A stretch of DNA of 64,000 bases from Squalus acanthias (taxonomy: Eukaryota), in assembly GCA_030390025.1 (NCBI GenBank), contig CM059452.1, positions 6,758,001-6,822,000 of the forward strand, given 5' to 3'. A program made the translations under genes and the position numbers. Below the pieces are notes generated by a model. The model saw only the letters and a list, made by a program, of their open reading frames with translations. It had not been told where the DNA came from and did no database searches. The first letter of the stretch is position 1. Every line of letters starts with the position of its first letter. Positions 51,207 through 63,266 of the stretch are shown in pieces.

Positions 51207-51548
51207 GCTCTTTCAGTCAGTCAGTGACACAGACCCCGCCAGCGGTGACCAGGGAGGAGTGTCAGTCTCTCACCATCACCTGCCTTTTCGATTGTGATTT
51301 TTGCGCTCGTTCTTTAACGCGTGGGGATTTCTTCAGACAAACCCGGACCGGGACAGAGCGGGAGCCGATCTCGAGCGGAGGGCGATTTGTTGTGTCGACT
51401 AATAAGGCAGACAAGACATTTTCGTTGGAAATTCGGGATGTGCGAGTGGAAGACAGCGCCACCTATTACTGTAAAGCTGAGTACTCGTACCGGAAGGATC
51501 ACCATGATACTGTGGATGGATCCGGGACGGTGGTGACTGTCACAGCCG
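51207..51548 (+). CDS. Germline-joined, in-frame NAR-TCR V(D)J exon
   Basis: 342 bp exon with ag/gt ends encoding ...EECQSLTITCLFDCDFCARSLTRGDFFRQ...YYCKAEYSYRKDHHDTVDGSGTVVTVTA-G|gtaagt. No RSS remains between V and J. Confidence 0.93.
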
Positions 51549-53509
51549 GTAAGTGACTCCAAACCCCGCCGTGTTACAGACTGTCCCGGTTAATGTTCAC
51601 CGTCAGTTTATTATTGTGATCAGTATTACTAGAATCCCCTCAAAATCAAACAAACCGGTTATCTAAGGGGTTTCATTGCAGCTTTAGATTGGGGAGCAGA
51701 ATATAAACCGGGGCCGGTTACGTGTGTTAGTCCGCAGAGAGGAGGTGTGAGACCCCCACGTAGCAGGCAGACTTGGGGTTTACCCCATCTGGACCATCAT
51801 TGGTTTAACGGGGCCCTCGGGGATCCCATGAACATCCCGGAATCTCACTCTGATCCCCAGTTGGTTTAAATGAGCGCCGATTGTCAACACTCCGGCCTCC
51901 GCTCTCGGTGTTAACTGTGACTGAGGGAGCTCTGCCTGTCCCTGTGGGCAGCGCAGGGGGTCACAGAGCTCCGTCCTGGGCAGGAGATTCCAGTCCGAGC
52001 CGGGCAGTGTGAATGAGGTACCGGGAGAGTGAACCCAAAAATACAGCGTCTGGTCCGATACCCGCAGCGGCCCGTCCGATACGTTATTGCCGGAACAGTT
52101 GATGCTGGCTGTGGGAATGTACTTCAGAGAAGAGTAAAGAATATAAGAAGCAAAACGTTCTATAGCATCATGTTTAGCAGTGAAGTGGCTAATTCTGTAA
52201 TACTGATCAAACATATTGTGACGGATAATTGTTGATATTTATAGGTGCCATTTTCACACAACAGATTATTTAGTGTGAGAATTGTTTCGCTGCATAGTTC
52301 ACATCATATGAATCATGTTTGTATATTAATATTGTTCTTGGACAAGTAGGAACACTATCTTTATAATCTCTGCAAGAAAAGTTGAATTCAAGAAAAGGTG
52401 GGATGACAGGGCTGTCCTATGATGAGGGATTGTGCAGAATGGGCCGATACTCCTGGAGTTTAGAAGAATGAGAGGTGATCTCATTGAAACATACAAGATT
52501 CTGAAGGGGATTGACAGGGTAGATGCTGAGAGGTTGTTTCCTGGCTGGAGTGTCTAGAACTAGGGGGCATAGTCTCAGGATAAGGGGTCGGCCATTTAAG
52601 ACTGAGATGAGGAGAATTTTCTTCACTCAGAGAGTTGTGAATCTTTGGAATTCTCTGCCCCAGAGGGCTGTGGATGCTGAGTCTTTGAGTATATTCAAGC
52701 CTGAGATAGATTTTTGGACTCTAGGGGAACCAAGGGATATGGAGATCGGGCGGAAAAGTGGAGTTGAGGTCGTTGATCAGCCTTGATCTTATTGAATGGC
52801 TGAGCAGGCTCGAAGGGCCGTATGGCCTACTCCTGCTGTTATTTCTTAAATCATTACCATACATTTGAAAGTAAAAATAAAAGATCACGATCTAAATTAA
52901 GACGAGGAAGGGACTTTCATCCTATTTAATTTGTCTATCCAAAAAAAAGACAAACTCGGTGCTGGAATCAGGGGTTTGGAGGTTGGGCGGGTGGTGGAGG
53001 TGGGGGTGGGGTGAAGTAAGCAGCGATCCATTCGGCCTTCCCTCAGAATCGCTCTCAGTCAGCGCGCAGGCGTCCAGCACAGACACAGCACTTAAAGCAG
53101 CACAGCTCGACTTGTTTTTCCATCTCTGTCCCTCCTCCATCTCCCACCCCCAAATAATCTTTCCAACACTAGAATGATTCTTTATCTCAATGTCCTAATA
53201 ACCCCTGCATTGCCCACAATTATTGTGTTTATTTCAAAATTAATGTCAACAAGCCAATCAGGTCCGATACCTGCAGCGGCAGAAATACTGGAGCACAACA
53301 TGGCGGGGCTTCAGATACACGTGATCCGCTTGTAGGTCTGGATGGCATTTCATTATTGGACACTCAATGACTGAAATTAGTTGTATTATATCTGACATTT
53401 ATTCCAATTGCTTTTATATAAACAATCATTTTCCCTCCACGTTTCCCGTTTAAGTCGAAAAGTAAAAGCTTCGAACTACAGACGCTGTTAATTTTTTTTC
53501 TATTTTCTA

Positions 53510-54620
53510 ATCAATCCAATGGGGAATTTACGAGGAACTTCTTTACCCAGAGAGTGGTCAGAATGTGGAACTCGCTGCCACAAGGAGCAGTTGAGCCGAA
53601 TAACATCGATACATTTAAGGGGAATCTAGATAAGTAGGTGAGGGAGAAAGGAATCGAAGGATCTGTTGATGGGGTGAGATGGAGTAGGGGTGGGAGGAGG
53701 CTCGTGTGGAGCAGTAACACCGGCATGGACCGATTGGTCCCAATGGCCTGTTTCTGTGCTCTACATTCTGTGTAATTCTCTGTAATATTTAATGTTCATG
53801 TTTGAGAGATCGGATTGCAGTAATTTATCTGTATCCATGGTTACTGTTAACTGAAACAACACTGGGCAGTGAGCGAGTGAGGGCGAGGTTCTAATGTTCC
53901 TATAAAGGAGAGCAGGAACACCCGAGGGAACAAGTACAGACTGGAGGGAAGCCCATTTAGAACCAGCAAGAAATCATTCACCGAAAGGGAGAGAAATATC
54001 GGACTTCACCGGCCGGGCGGGGGTGTGGAGACACCGGTCTCTGGGCCGTTCAAAGCACAATCCGACACCGGGGCAGTGAGATTTACTGGAGGGACGGGCT
54101 GCGATTGGGCTCCGGCCCTTTTCTCAGCTTTGGATTTCTTGCACTCCTGAGAAAAGACATCAGCAGCAATCCACACATTTCTGGAAAGATTGAACAGGCG
54201 GGGGTCTATTCTCTGGAAAAGAGAAGAAAACGAGGAGACCTGATGGAGGTGATTAAAATGATGAAGGGGTTCGATAGGGGCACGTGGGGAAACTGTTTCC
54301 ATTGTGGGTGAGTCCAGAACAAGGGGCCACAAATATAAGATAGTCACTAACAGAACAAATAAAGACATTGGGAAGAATTTATTCACACAGAGAGGAGTCA
54401 GAATGTGGAACTCGCTGCCACACGGAGCAGTTGGAGCAGATAGCGTTGATGCATTTAAGGGGAGGTTTGAAAAATACAGGAGGGGGGGGAGGAATCGAGA
54501 GATACAGGGGTCAGAGTGTGAAGAGGTAATTAGAGTGGGGGGAGGCTCGTGTGGAGTATAAACACCGCACAGACGAGTTGGGCCGAATGGCCTGTTCCTG
54601 TTCTGCAGATTCTGCAAAAT
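53510..54620 (+). mobile_element. Cluster of CR1 3' fragments
   Basis: FTQRVVRMWNSLP-type motifs at ~53540 and ~54380 with tails. Confidence 0.7.
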
Positions 54621-55607
54621 GTAAAACTCAGAGAAAACTCCGCCCGGAGAACACGGGAGAGAATCAGCCAAGGGCTGAAGGAATTGAAGTTGTCAGAGAG
54701 CCGGAAGAGCCAGTTCCCAGTGAGTAACAGTAAAACCACTGCGGAAACTGCACAGACTGAACCCAACCGACAACTGAGAGACTTTGCGACAAGTTCTCAG
54801 GCTGGCAAAAAACCACAAACAGCACAAAGTGAGCGACCCAGATGTAGAAATAAAATGAAACTAACTGTAAATAATTCAAATTAAAGTGAAATGGAGCAAA
54901 TGGGGCCCCACTGATGGAAGAAAAGAGACAAATAGAGCGAGAGGCAGACAGGAGCTCCCGTGAACTGTTAAACTGCAGTAAAAGATTGACCTTTGACCCA
55001 CAGATTTTCAGTGTCAGTTTGGCTCAATCGGTGCTGATGAATCTCACTAGTTTCTGTTGGATCTTGCTGTGCGCAGTGACATTACACAGCCGGGTCACTC
55101 TCGGTCAAACATCATCGGAATGTGGTTGTCTCAGTGAGGAGGAGAATGGACTATTATTTTTTCGGCTTTATCTTTCACCAAGAAAAATAAACACAGACAT
55201 TTATAGAAATCATAGAATCATACAGCAGAGAAGGAGGTCATTCGGCCCACCTTGCCTCTGCGGCTCTTTGAAGGAGCTATTCAATTAGTCCCACTCGCCC
55301 CGCACTTTCCCCATAGCCCTGACAAATTTTCCTTTTCCAGTATTGATCCAATTTCCTGTTGAAAGTTGCTATTGAATCTGCCCCCACCACCCTTTCCTCA
55401 GCGCCCCCACCCGTCCACACGCCGCCCCACCCCCCCCCCCACCCCCGCCCCCGCCGGTCCCTTTGCCAATGACAGTGAATAAAGTTGGAACAGGCTTCGA
55501 AAGAAGAACCGCATTAGCGCGAGAGGCAGAACTATTCCTGTGATTGACAAGTGTCCCCGGGTAAACAGCAGCCAAATAAAAAACATTTCCACATTTTAAT
55601 CCTGCAG

Positions 55608-55913
55608 ATTCCAGTTTCTCGGTGTCCCAGGGTCCGCCTCTACAATCCTCTGCTGCCGGTGACACCGTTACTTTAAGCTGCGAATATTCAGGGTTCTGTC
55701 AGCACACAGTACACTGGTACCGTCAGTCCCCAGGGCAGGCTCCGAAATACCTGCTTCAGAGACACACTTCAGGAGAGGGGAATAAAGAAAACGCTGCCGG
55801 GGGCCGAATTTCTGCTTCTGTCGATGGCGCGCAGAAAATCAGCCGGTTAAACATCGCGAAACTGCAACTGAGTGACTCCGCTGTGTATTACTGTGCACTG
55901 AGTCCGCGCACAG
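55608..55913 (+). CDS. Supporting TCR-delta V for NAR-TCR (no canonical leader seen; CDR1 Cys)
   Basis: Acceptor cctgcag, phase 1. Encodes DSSFSVSQGPP...VTLSCEYSGFCQHTVHWYRQSPGQAPKYLLQR...LQLSDSAVYYCALS. The CDR1 Cys is the known partner of the NAR-TCR FR1 Cys. RSS cacagtg-23-acaaaaacc at 55914-55952. Confidence 0.9.
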
Positions 55914-57980
55914 CACAGTGATACAGAGCACGGAGAGAGCCGTACAAAAACCTGAACATGGTGGGGATTACAGACACACAGTGATACAGAGCACGGAGAG
56001 AGCCGTACACAAACCTGAACATGGTGGGGATTACAGACACACAGTGATACAGAGCACGGAGAGAGTTCACAAACCTGAACATGGTGGGGATTACAGACAC
56101 ACAGTGATACAGAGCACGGAGAGAGTTCACAAACCTGAACATGGTGGGGATTACAGACACACAGTGATAGAGAGCACGGAGAGAGTTCACAAACCTGAAC
56201 ATGGTGAGGATTACAGACACACAGTGACAGAGAGCACGGAGAGAGCCGTACAAAAACCTGAACATGGTGCGGATTACAGACACACAGTGATACAGAGCAC
56301 GGAGAGAGTTCACAAACCTGAACATGGTGGGGATTACAGACACACAGTGTTACAGAGCACGGAGAGAGTTCACAGTCTGAACATGGTGGGGATTACAGAC
56401 ACACAGTGATACAGAGCACGGAGAGAGTTCACAAACCTGAACATGGTGAGGATTACAGACACACAGTGTTACAGAGCACGGGAGAGTTCACAAACCAAAA
56501 CGTGGTGGGGATTACAGACACACACAGATACAGAGCACGGAGAGAGTTCACACAGCTGAACATGGTGGGGATTACAGACACACAGTGATACAGAGCACGG
56601 AGAGAGTTCACAAACTTGAAGATGGTGGGGATTATACACCCACAGTGATAGAGAGCACGGGAGAGTTCACAAACCTGAACATGGTGGGGATTACAGACAC
56701 ACAGTGATAGAGAGCACGGAGAGAGTTCACAAACCTGAACATGGTGGGGATTACAGACACACAGTGATACAGAGCACGGAGAGAGTTCACAATCCTGAAC
56801 ATGGTGGGGATCACAGACACACAGTGATACAGAGCACGGAGAGAGTTCACAAACCTGAACATGGTGAGGATTACAGACACACAGTGATACAGAGCACGGA
56901 GCGAGTTCACAAACCTGTACATGGTGGGGATTACAGACACACAGTGATACAGAGCACGGAGAGAGTTCACAAACCTGAACATGGTGGGGATTACAGACAC
57001 ACAGTGATACAGAGCACGGAGAGAGTTCACAATCCTGAACATGGTAGGGAGTACAGACACACAGTGATACAGAGCACGGAGAGAGTTCACAAACCTGAAC
57101 ATGGTGGGGATTACAGACAAACAGTGATAGAGAGCACGGAGAGAGTTCACAAAGCTGAACATGGTGAGGATTACAGACACACAGTGATACAGAGCACGGA
57201 GAGAGTTCACAAACCTGAACATGGTGGGGATTACAGACACACAGTGATACAGAGCACGGAGAGAGTTCACAAACCTGAACATGGTGAGGATTACAGACAC
57301 ACAGTGATACAGAGCACGGAGAGAGTTCACAAACCTGAACATGGTGGGGATTACAGACACACAGTGATACAGAGCACGGAGAGAGTTCACAAACCTGAAC
57401 ATGGTGGGGATTACAGACACACAGTGATACAGAGCACGGAGAGAGTTCACAAACCTGAACATGGTGAGGATTACAGACACACAGTGATACAGAGCACGGA
57501 GAGAGTTCACAAACCTGAACATGGTGGGATTACAGACACACAGTGATACAGAGCACGGAGAGAGTTCACAAACCTGAACATGGTGGGGATTACAGACACA
57601 CAGTGATACAGAGCACGGAGAGAGTTCACAAACCTGAACATGGTGGGGATTACAGACACACAGTGATACAGAGCACGGAGAGAGTTCACAAACCTGAACA
57701 TGGTGAGGATTACAGACACACAGTGATACAGAGCACGGAGAGAGTTCACAAACCTGAACATGGTGGGATTACAGACACACAGTGATACAGAGCACGGATA
57801 GAGTTCACAAACCTGAACATGGTGGGGATTACAGACACACAGTGATACAGAGCACGGAGAGAGTTCACAAACCTGAACATGGTGGGATTACAGACACACA
57901 GTGATACAGAGCACGGAGAGAGTTCACAAACCTGAACATGGTGAGGATTACAGACACACAGTGATACAGAGCACGGGGAG
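55914..57980 (+). repeat. ~60 bp tandem array (~34 copies) derived from the V's own 23-RSS
   Basis: Nearly every unit begins cacagtgatacagagcacggagagag, and unit 1 is the bona fide RSS. Confidence 0.97.
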
Positions 57981-58369
57981 AAAATACAAGTATTCTCCAC
58001 GAAAGTATTCTCGAATGAATCTTAGAATTTTACCGCACAGAAACAAGTGATTAATCCCACCAAGTCTGCATTTTCCTTCCCGCTGCTCACACCCTTTAAT
58101 ATTCCCCTTTTGAGAATCTCCTATCTATTTCCCCTGTTAAAATATTTCATGTATTTATTCCACAATTACACCTCCTTCTGTGTAAATAATTGTTTTTCTC
58201 ACGATAAAATTGTATATTTTGCCGCATCATATTTCACCCTAGGGGTTACATTTATTGTTCCGCCTGTTTCCACAGGGACCAGTAGAGTTTCTTCTTTGCT
58301 TTTCTTTGGTTCTTGGTGTAGATTAAAGGATATACGTGTTCCAAATTTTAAAAGTAATTCATTAATTAA

Positions 58370-58928
58370 CTGAGATGGGAGACCAGGCAATGTGATGTTG
58401 TTGCTGCATGTGGGAGCTGGTGGACACCATTGAGGTCCACGGTGACCACTTCTGCAGCAAATGTTGGCTGCTCGAGAAACTTCGGCTCAGATTTGATGAG
58501 CTGGAGTCCGAGCTTCAGACACTGCGACACATTAGGGAGGGGGAACGTTACCTGGACACTAAGTTCCAGGAGGAAGTCACACCCACTAGAGTAATTACTT
58601 CCAATCTGGCACATGGTCAGTGACAGGAGGGTGTGACTATAAGCGAGGCAGGTATTGGGATGCAGGAGGTAGTGATGGATGAGCCTCAGCCCTTGGCCTT
58701 GTCCAACAGGTACGAGATTCTTGTTCCCTGTGTGGACGGGCGCAGGGACTGCAGGGAGGATGAGCAATCTGACCACAGCACCGTGGTAAAGGGAGCCATT
58801 CAAGTGGGGGGAGTAAAAAGAAATGTTGTAGTGATAGGGGACAGTATAGTTAGGGGGATAGATACTGTTCTCTGCAGCCGAGAGCGTGAGTGCCGGAGGC
58901 TGTGTTGCCTACCCGATGCCAAGGTTAA
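58370..58928 (+). mobile_element. CR1 ORF1 (zinc finger and SGNH esterase), host element; continues at 63267-64000
   Basis: CCCMWE...HFCSKC, VIGDSIVRG, CLPDAKV | KDISSG...VHVGTND...DGLHLN, then the endonuclease start LYLNARSIRNKIDEL. Confidence 0.85.
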
Positions 58929-61900
58929 TAGAGTCATAGAGTTATACAGCACAGAAAGAGGCCGTTCGGCCCATCGTGTCCGCGCCGGCCATCAATCCCT
59001 GTCTATTCTAATCCCATTTTCCAGCACTTGGTCCGTAGCCGTGTATGCTATGGCGTTTCAAGTGCTCATCTAAATGCTTCTTGAATGTTGTGAGGGTTCC
59101 TGCCTCTACCACCCTTTCAGGCAGTGAGTTCCAGATTCCAACCACCCTCTGGGTGAAGAAGTTTTTCCTCAAATCCCCTCTAAACCTCCTGCCCCTTACC
59201 TTGAAACTATGCCCCCTGGTTATTGACACCTCTACGAAAGGGAAAAGTTATTTCTATCTACCCTATCTATGCCCCTCATAATTTTGTACACCTCAATCAG
59301 GTCCCCCCTCAGCCTTCTCTGCTCTAAGGAAAACAACACCAGCCTGTCCAGTCTCTCTTCATAGCTGAAGCGCTCCAGCCCAGGTAACATCCTGGTGAAT
59401 CTCCTCTGCACCCTCTCCAATGCAATCACATCCTTCCTATAGTGTGGCGACCAGAACTGCACACAGTATTCCAGCTGTGGACTAACTAACGTTTTGTACA
59501 GCTCCATCATAACCTCCCTGCTCTTATATTCTATGCCTCGGCTAATGAAGGCAAGTATCCCATATGCCTTTTTAACCAACTTATCAACCTGTCCTGCTGC
59601 CTTCAGGGATCTATGTACATGCACACCAAGGTCCCTCTGACCCTCTGTCCTTCCTGGGTTCCTACCGTTCATTGTGTATTCCCTTGCATTGTTATTCCAC
59701 CCAAAATGCATCACCTCACATTTTTCAGGGTTAAATTCCATTTGCCACTGTTCTGCCCATATAACCAACCCGTCTATATCTTCCTGTAGCCTGAGGCTTC
59801 CCTCCTCGCTATTCACCACTCCAACAATTTTCGTGTCATCTGCGAACTTACTGATCATACCTCCTACATTCATATCTAAATCATTACTGTAAACTACAAA
59901 CAGCAAAGGACCCAGCACCGATCCCTGCGGTACACCACTGGACACAGGCTTCCAGTCACAAAACAACCTTGGACCATCACCCTCTGCCTCCTGCCACTAA
60001 GCCAATTTTAGATCCAATGTGCCAAATTGCCCTGGATCCCATGGGCTCTTACCTTCTTGACCAGTCTCCCATGCGGGACTTTGTCAAAAGCCTTACTGAA
60101 GTCCATGTAGACTACATCAACTGCACTACCCTCATCCACGCAGCGAGTCACCCCCTCGAAAAATTTAATCAAATTGGTTAGACATGATCTCCCCCTGACA
60201 AAGCCATGCTGACTATCCTTGATTAATCCTTGCCTCTACAAGTGGAGACGAATTCTGTCCCTCAGAATTTTTTCCAATAATTTCCCTACCACTGATGTTA
60301 GGCTCACTGGCCTGTAATTCCCTATTACCCTTCTTGAATAATGGTACTGCGTTAGCTGTCCTCCAGTCCTCCGGCACCTCCACTGTGGCAAGAGAGGTTC
60401 TGAAAATTTGTGTCAGAGCCCCTGCAATCTCCTCCCTTGCCTCATACAGCAGCCTGCGATACATCTCGTCTGGCCTGGGGATTTATCCACTTTTAAGCCC
60501 AGTAAAACCGCTAGTACCTCCTCCCTCTCAGTACTAATTTGTTCAAGTATATCACAATCCCCCTGCCTGATTTCTATGCCTACATCGTCCTTCTCCATAG
60601 TGAACACAGATGCAAAATATTCATTTAAAACCTCACCTACATCTTCCGGCTCAACCCAAAGATTGCCACTTTGGTCCCTAATGCGCCCTACTCTTTCCCT
60701 GGTTATCCTCTTGCCCTTAATATACTTATAAAACACCTTGGGATTTTCCTTTATTTTGCCCGCCAGTGTTTTTTCATGCCCCCTCTTCGCTCTCCTAATT
60801 TCTTTTTTAAGTACCCCCTTGCACTTTCTATACTCCTCTAGGGCTTCCACTGTTTTTAGTTCTTTGTATCTGCCAAAAGCCTCCTTTTTTTCCCTAATCC
60901 ATTCTTGTATATCCCTTGACATCCAGGGTTCCCTGGGCTTGTTGGTTCCACCCTTGACCTTTACGGGAACATGTTGGCATTGTACTCTCTCTATTTCCTT
61001 TCTGAAAGATTCCCACTGCTCTGATGTGGATTTTCCTACAAGTATCTGATCCCAGTCCACTTTGGCCAGATCCTGCCTTATCATATTAAAATCGGCCTTC
61101 CTCCAATTTAGAAACTTTATTTCCGGTCCATCTTTGTCCTTTTCCATGACTACCTTAAATCTCACTGAATTATGGTCACTGTCCCCAAAATGCTCTCCTC
61201 CTAACACTTCTACCACTTTCCCGGCTACATTCCCGAGAATTAGGTCCAGTATTGCCCGCTCTCTTGTAGGACTTTCTACATGCTGGCTCAAAAAGCTCTC
61301 CTGGATGCACTTTAAGAATTCCGCACCCTCTAAGCCTTTCACAATCTGACTATTCCAGTTAATATTGGGGAAGTTGAAATCCCCTACTATTATTACCCTA
61401 TTATTTCTGCACTTCTCTAAGATTTGCCTACGTATCTGTTCCACTATCTCCCCCTGACTGTTTGGGGCCTATAATACACTCCCAGCAAAGTGCTTGCCCC
61501 TTTTTGTTTTTTAGTTTTACCCATATGTCCTCATTAGAGGAACCTGCTAAGATATCATCCCTCCTTACAGCAGTAATTGACTCCTTGATTAATATTGCGA
61601 CAGCCCCTCCTCTTTTACACCCCCCTCTGTCTCGCCTGAAGATTCTATACCCCGGAATATGGAGCTGCCAGTCCTGCCCCTCCCTCAACCATGTCTCTGT
61701 GATAGCAACAATATCATACTCCCATGTGTTCATCAACACCTTCAATTCATCTGCCTTACTCGCAAGACTCCTTGCAATAAAATAAATGCCATCCAGCCTT
61801 GCCAGACTCCCTTGTGCCATTACTTATTTGCTCTTCCTTCCAGGCTGACTTGTTTTTCCCTCTATATTTGGCTGTGCATCACCCCCTACTATAACTCGAC

Positions 61901-63266
61901 TCCGTATCCCATCCCCCTGCCAAGTTAGTTTAACCACCCCCCCCCCCCCCACCCCCCCCAGCAGTACTAGCAAACCTCCCCGCAAGGATGTTGGTCCCGT
62001 TCCGGTTCAGGTGCAACCCGTCCGACTTGTACAGGTCCCACCTTCCCCAGAAGCAGACCCAGTGATCCAGGAAACTAAAGCCCTCCCTCCTGCACCAACT
62101 CTTTAGCCACGCATTCATCTGCTCTATCCACCTATTCCTATACTCACTCGCACGTGGCACCGGGAGTAATCCAGAGATTACAGCCTTTGAGGTCCTGCTT
62201 TTTAATCTGCTACCTAGCTCCCTAAATTCTTGTTGCAGGACCTCATCCCTCTTTCTACCCATGTCGTTGGTACCAATGTGAACCACGACCTCTGACTGTT
62301 CGCCCTCCCCCTTCAGAATGCCCTGCAGCCGTTCAGTGACATCCTTCACCCTGGCACCAGGGAGGCAACATACCAACCTGGAGTCATGTCTGCGGCCACA
62401 GAAACGTCTATCTGTTCCCCTTAAGATAGAATCCCCTATCACTATTGCTCTCCCACTCTTTTTCCTCCCCTCCTGTGCAGCTGAGCCACTCGTAGTGCCA
62501 CGGACTTGGCTCTTGCTGCATTCCCCTGAGAAACCATCTCCCCCTGCAGTATCCAAAACGGAAAATCTGTCGGAGAGGGAGATGGACCCAGGGGACTTCT
62601 GCACTACCTTCCTCGTTCTTTTACTCTGTCTGGCGGTCACCCATTCCCTGTCTGCCTATGCACTCTTTACCTGCGGTGTGACCACCTCGTTGAACGTGCT
62701 ATCCACGAAGATCTCAGCTTCGCGGATGCTCCACAGTGACTCCAGCCGCAGCTCCAGCTCCGAAACGCGGATTTCGAGTAGCTGCAGCTGGAGACACTTC
62801 CTGCACATGTGTTCGCCCTGGACACCGAAAGTGTCCCTGACTTCCCACATAGCACAGGAGGAGCATTCCACGCTGCCGAGCTGCCCTGCCATGTCCTACC
62901 CTTAATTTACTCCCTTTACTTCCTTTAAATTAAAGAATATTAAATACACTAGGGACCTTACTTCCCTTTAAACACTACTTACTCTAAACTAGAGACCTTA
63001 CTTTTACTTTAACGACTGGACTGTAGAAATACTCACCAGGTCCTACTTACCAATCAGCTCATTCCCTGGTTGTGACGTCACTTTAGCGGTTTCGCAGTTG
63101 TTGTTGTTTGACTGCTCCCGCTCTCGGACTCTTTCCTTGGTGTAAAGTAAGAACCAATTCCTACAGGGTGAAAAGTTAAGAAAAACAAAGGCGAAGCAAG
63201 GGAGCTCCTCCTTACACTCCTCACCTAACTCCCGACTCACCCAACTCGCAGCACTCTGTTCAAACC
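58929..63266 (-). mobile_element. Near full-length CR1 LINE (ORF1 zinc finger and esterase; ORF2 endonuclease and RT, frameshifted), nested in another CR1
   Basis: ORFs 62656-62892 and 61930-62640 (GDS, GTND, DGLH); 61428-61820 and 60413-61444 (ETWL, GDFN, SDH); 59232-59966 (PQGSVLGP, FADD). ggttaa is duplicated at both ends. Confidence 0.93.

Larger units (their letters stand above)
44528..52845 (+). repeat. Tandem segmental duplication of the NAR-TCR cassette (copy 1 ~44528-49200, copy 2 ~49203-52845)
   Basis: Both copies begin gtccacttgagagagcagactgggcc within a SINE and end in the same CR1 3' fragment. They are collinear except for the V-J interval and the 21-bp repeat count. Confidence 0.92.

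Noticed and set aside
51017-51548. Retroposed (processed) origin for the joined NAR V
   Set aside because: The leader intron, upstream region and downstream J intron are all retained and collinear with copy 1.
54700-54770. Leader-like GSVCAVSAVVLLLLTG on the minus strand
   Set aside because: No ATG, no GT donor and no downstream V on that strand.
55914-57980. CRISPR-like appearance of the regular array
   Set aside because: No unique spacers and no cas genes; this is vertebrate DNA and the unit is an RSS.
55918-58000. Long ORFs with 20-aa repeats (IQSTERVHKPEHGGDYRHTV; FRFVNSLRALYHCVSVIPTM)
   Set aside because: By-products of a 60-bp unit. They are not in the V reading frame, which stops at 55919-55921.
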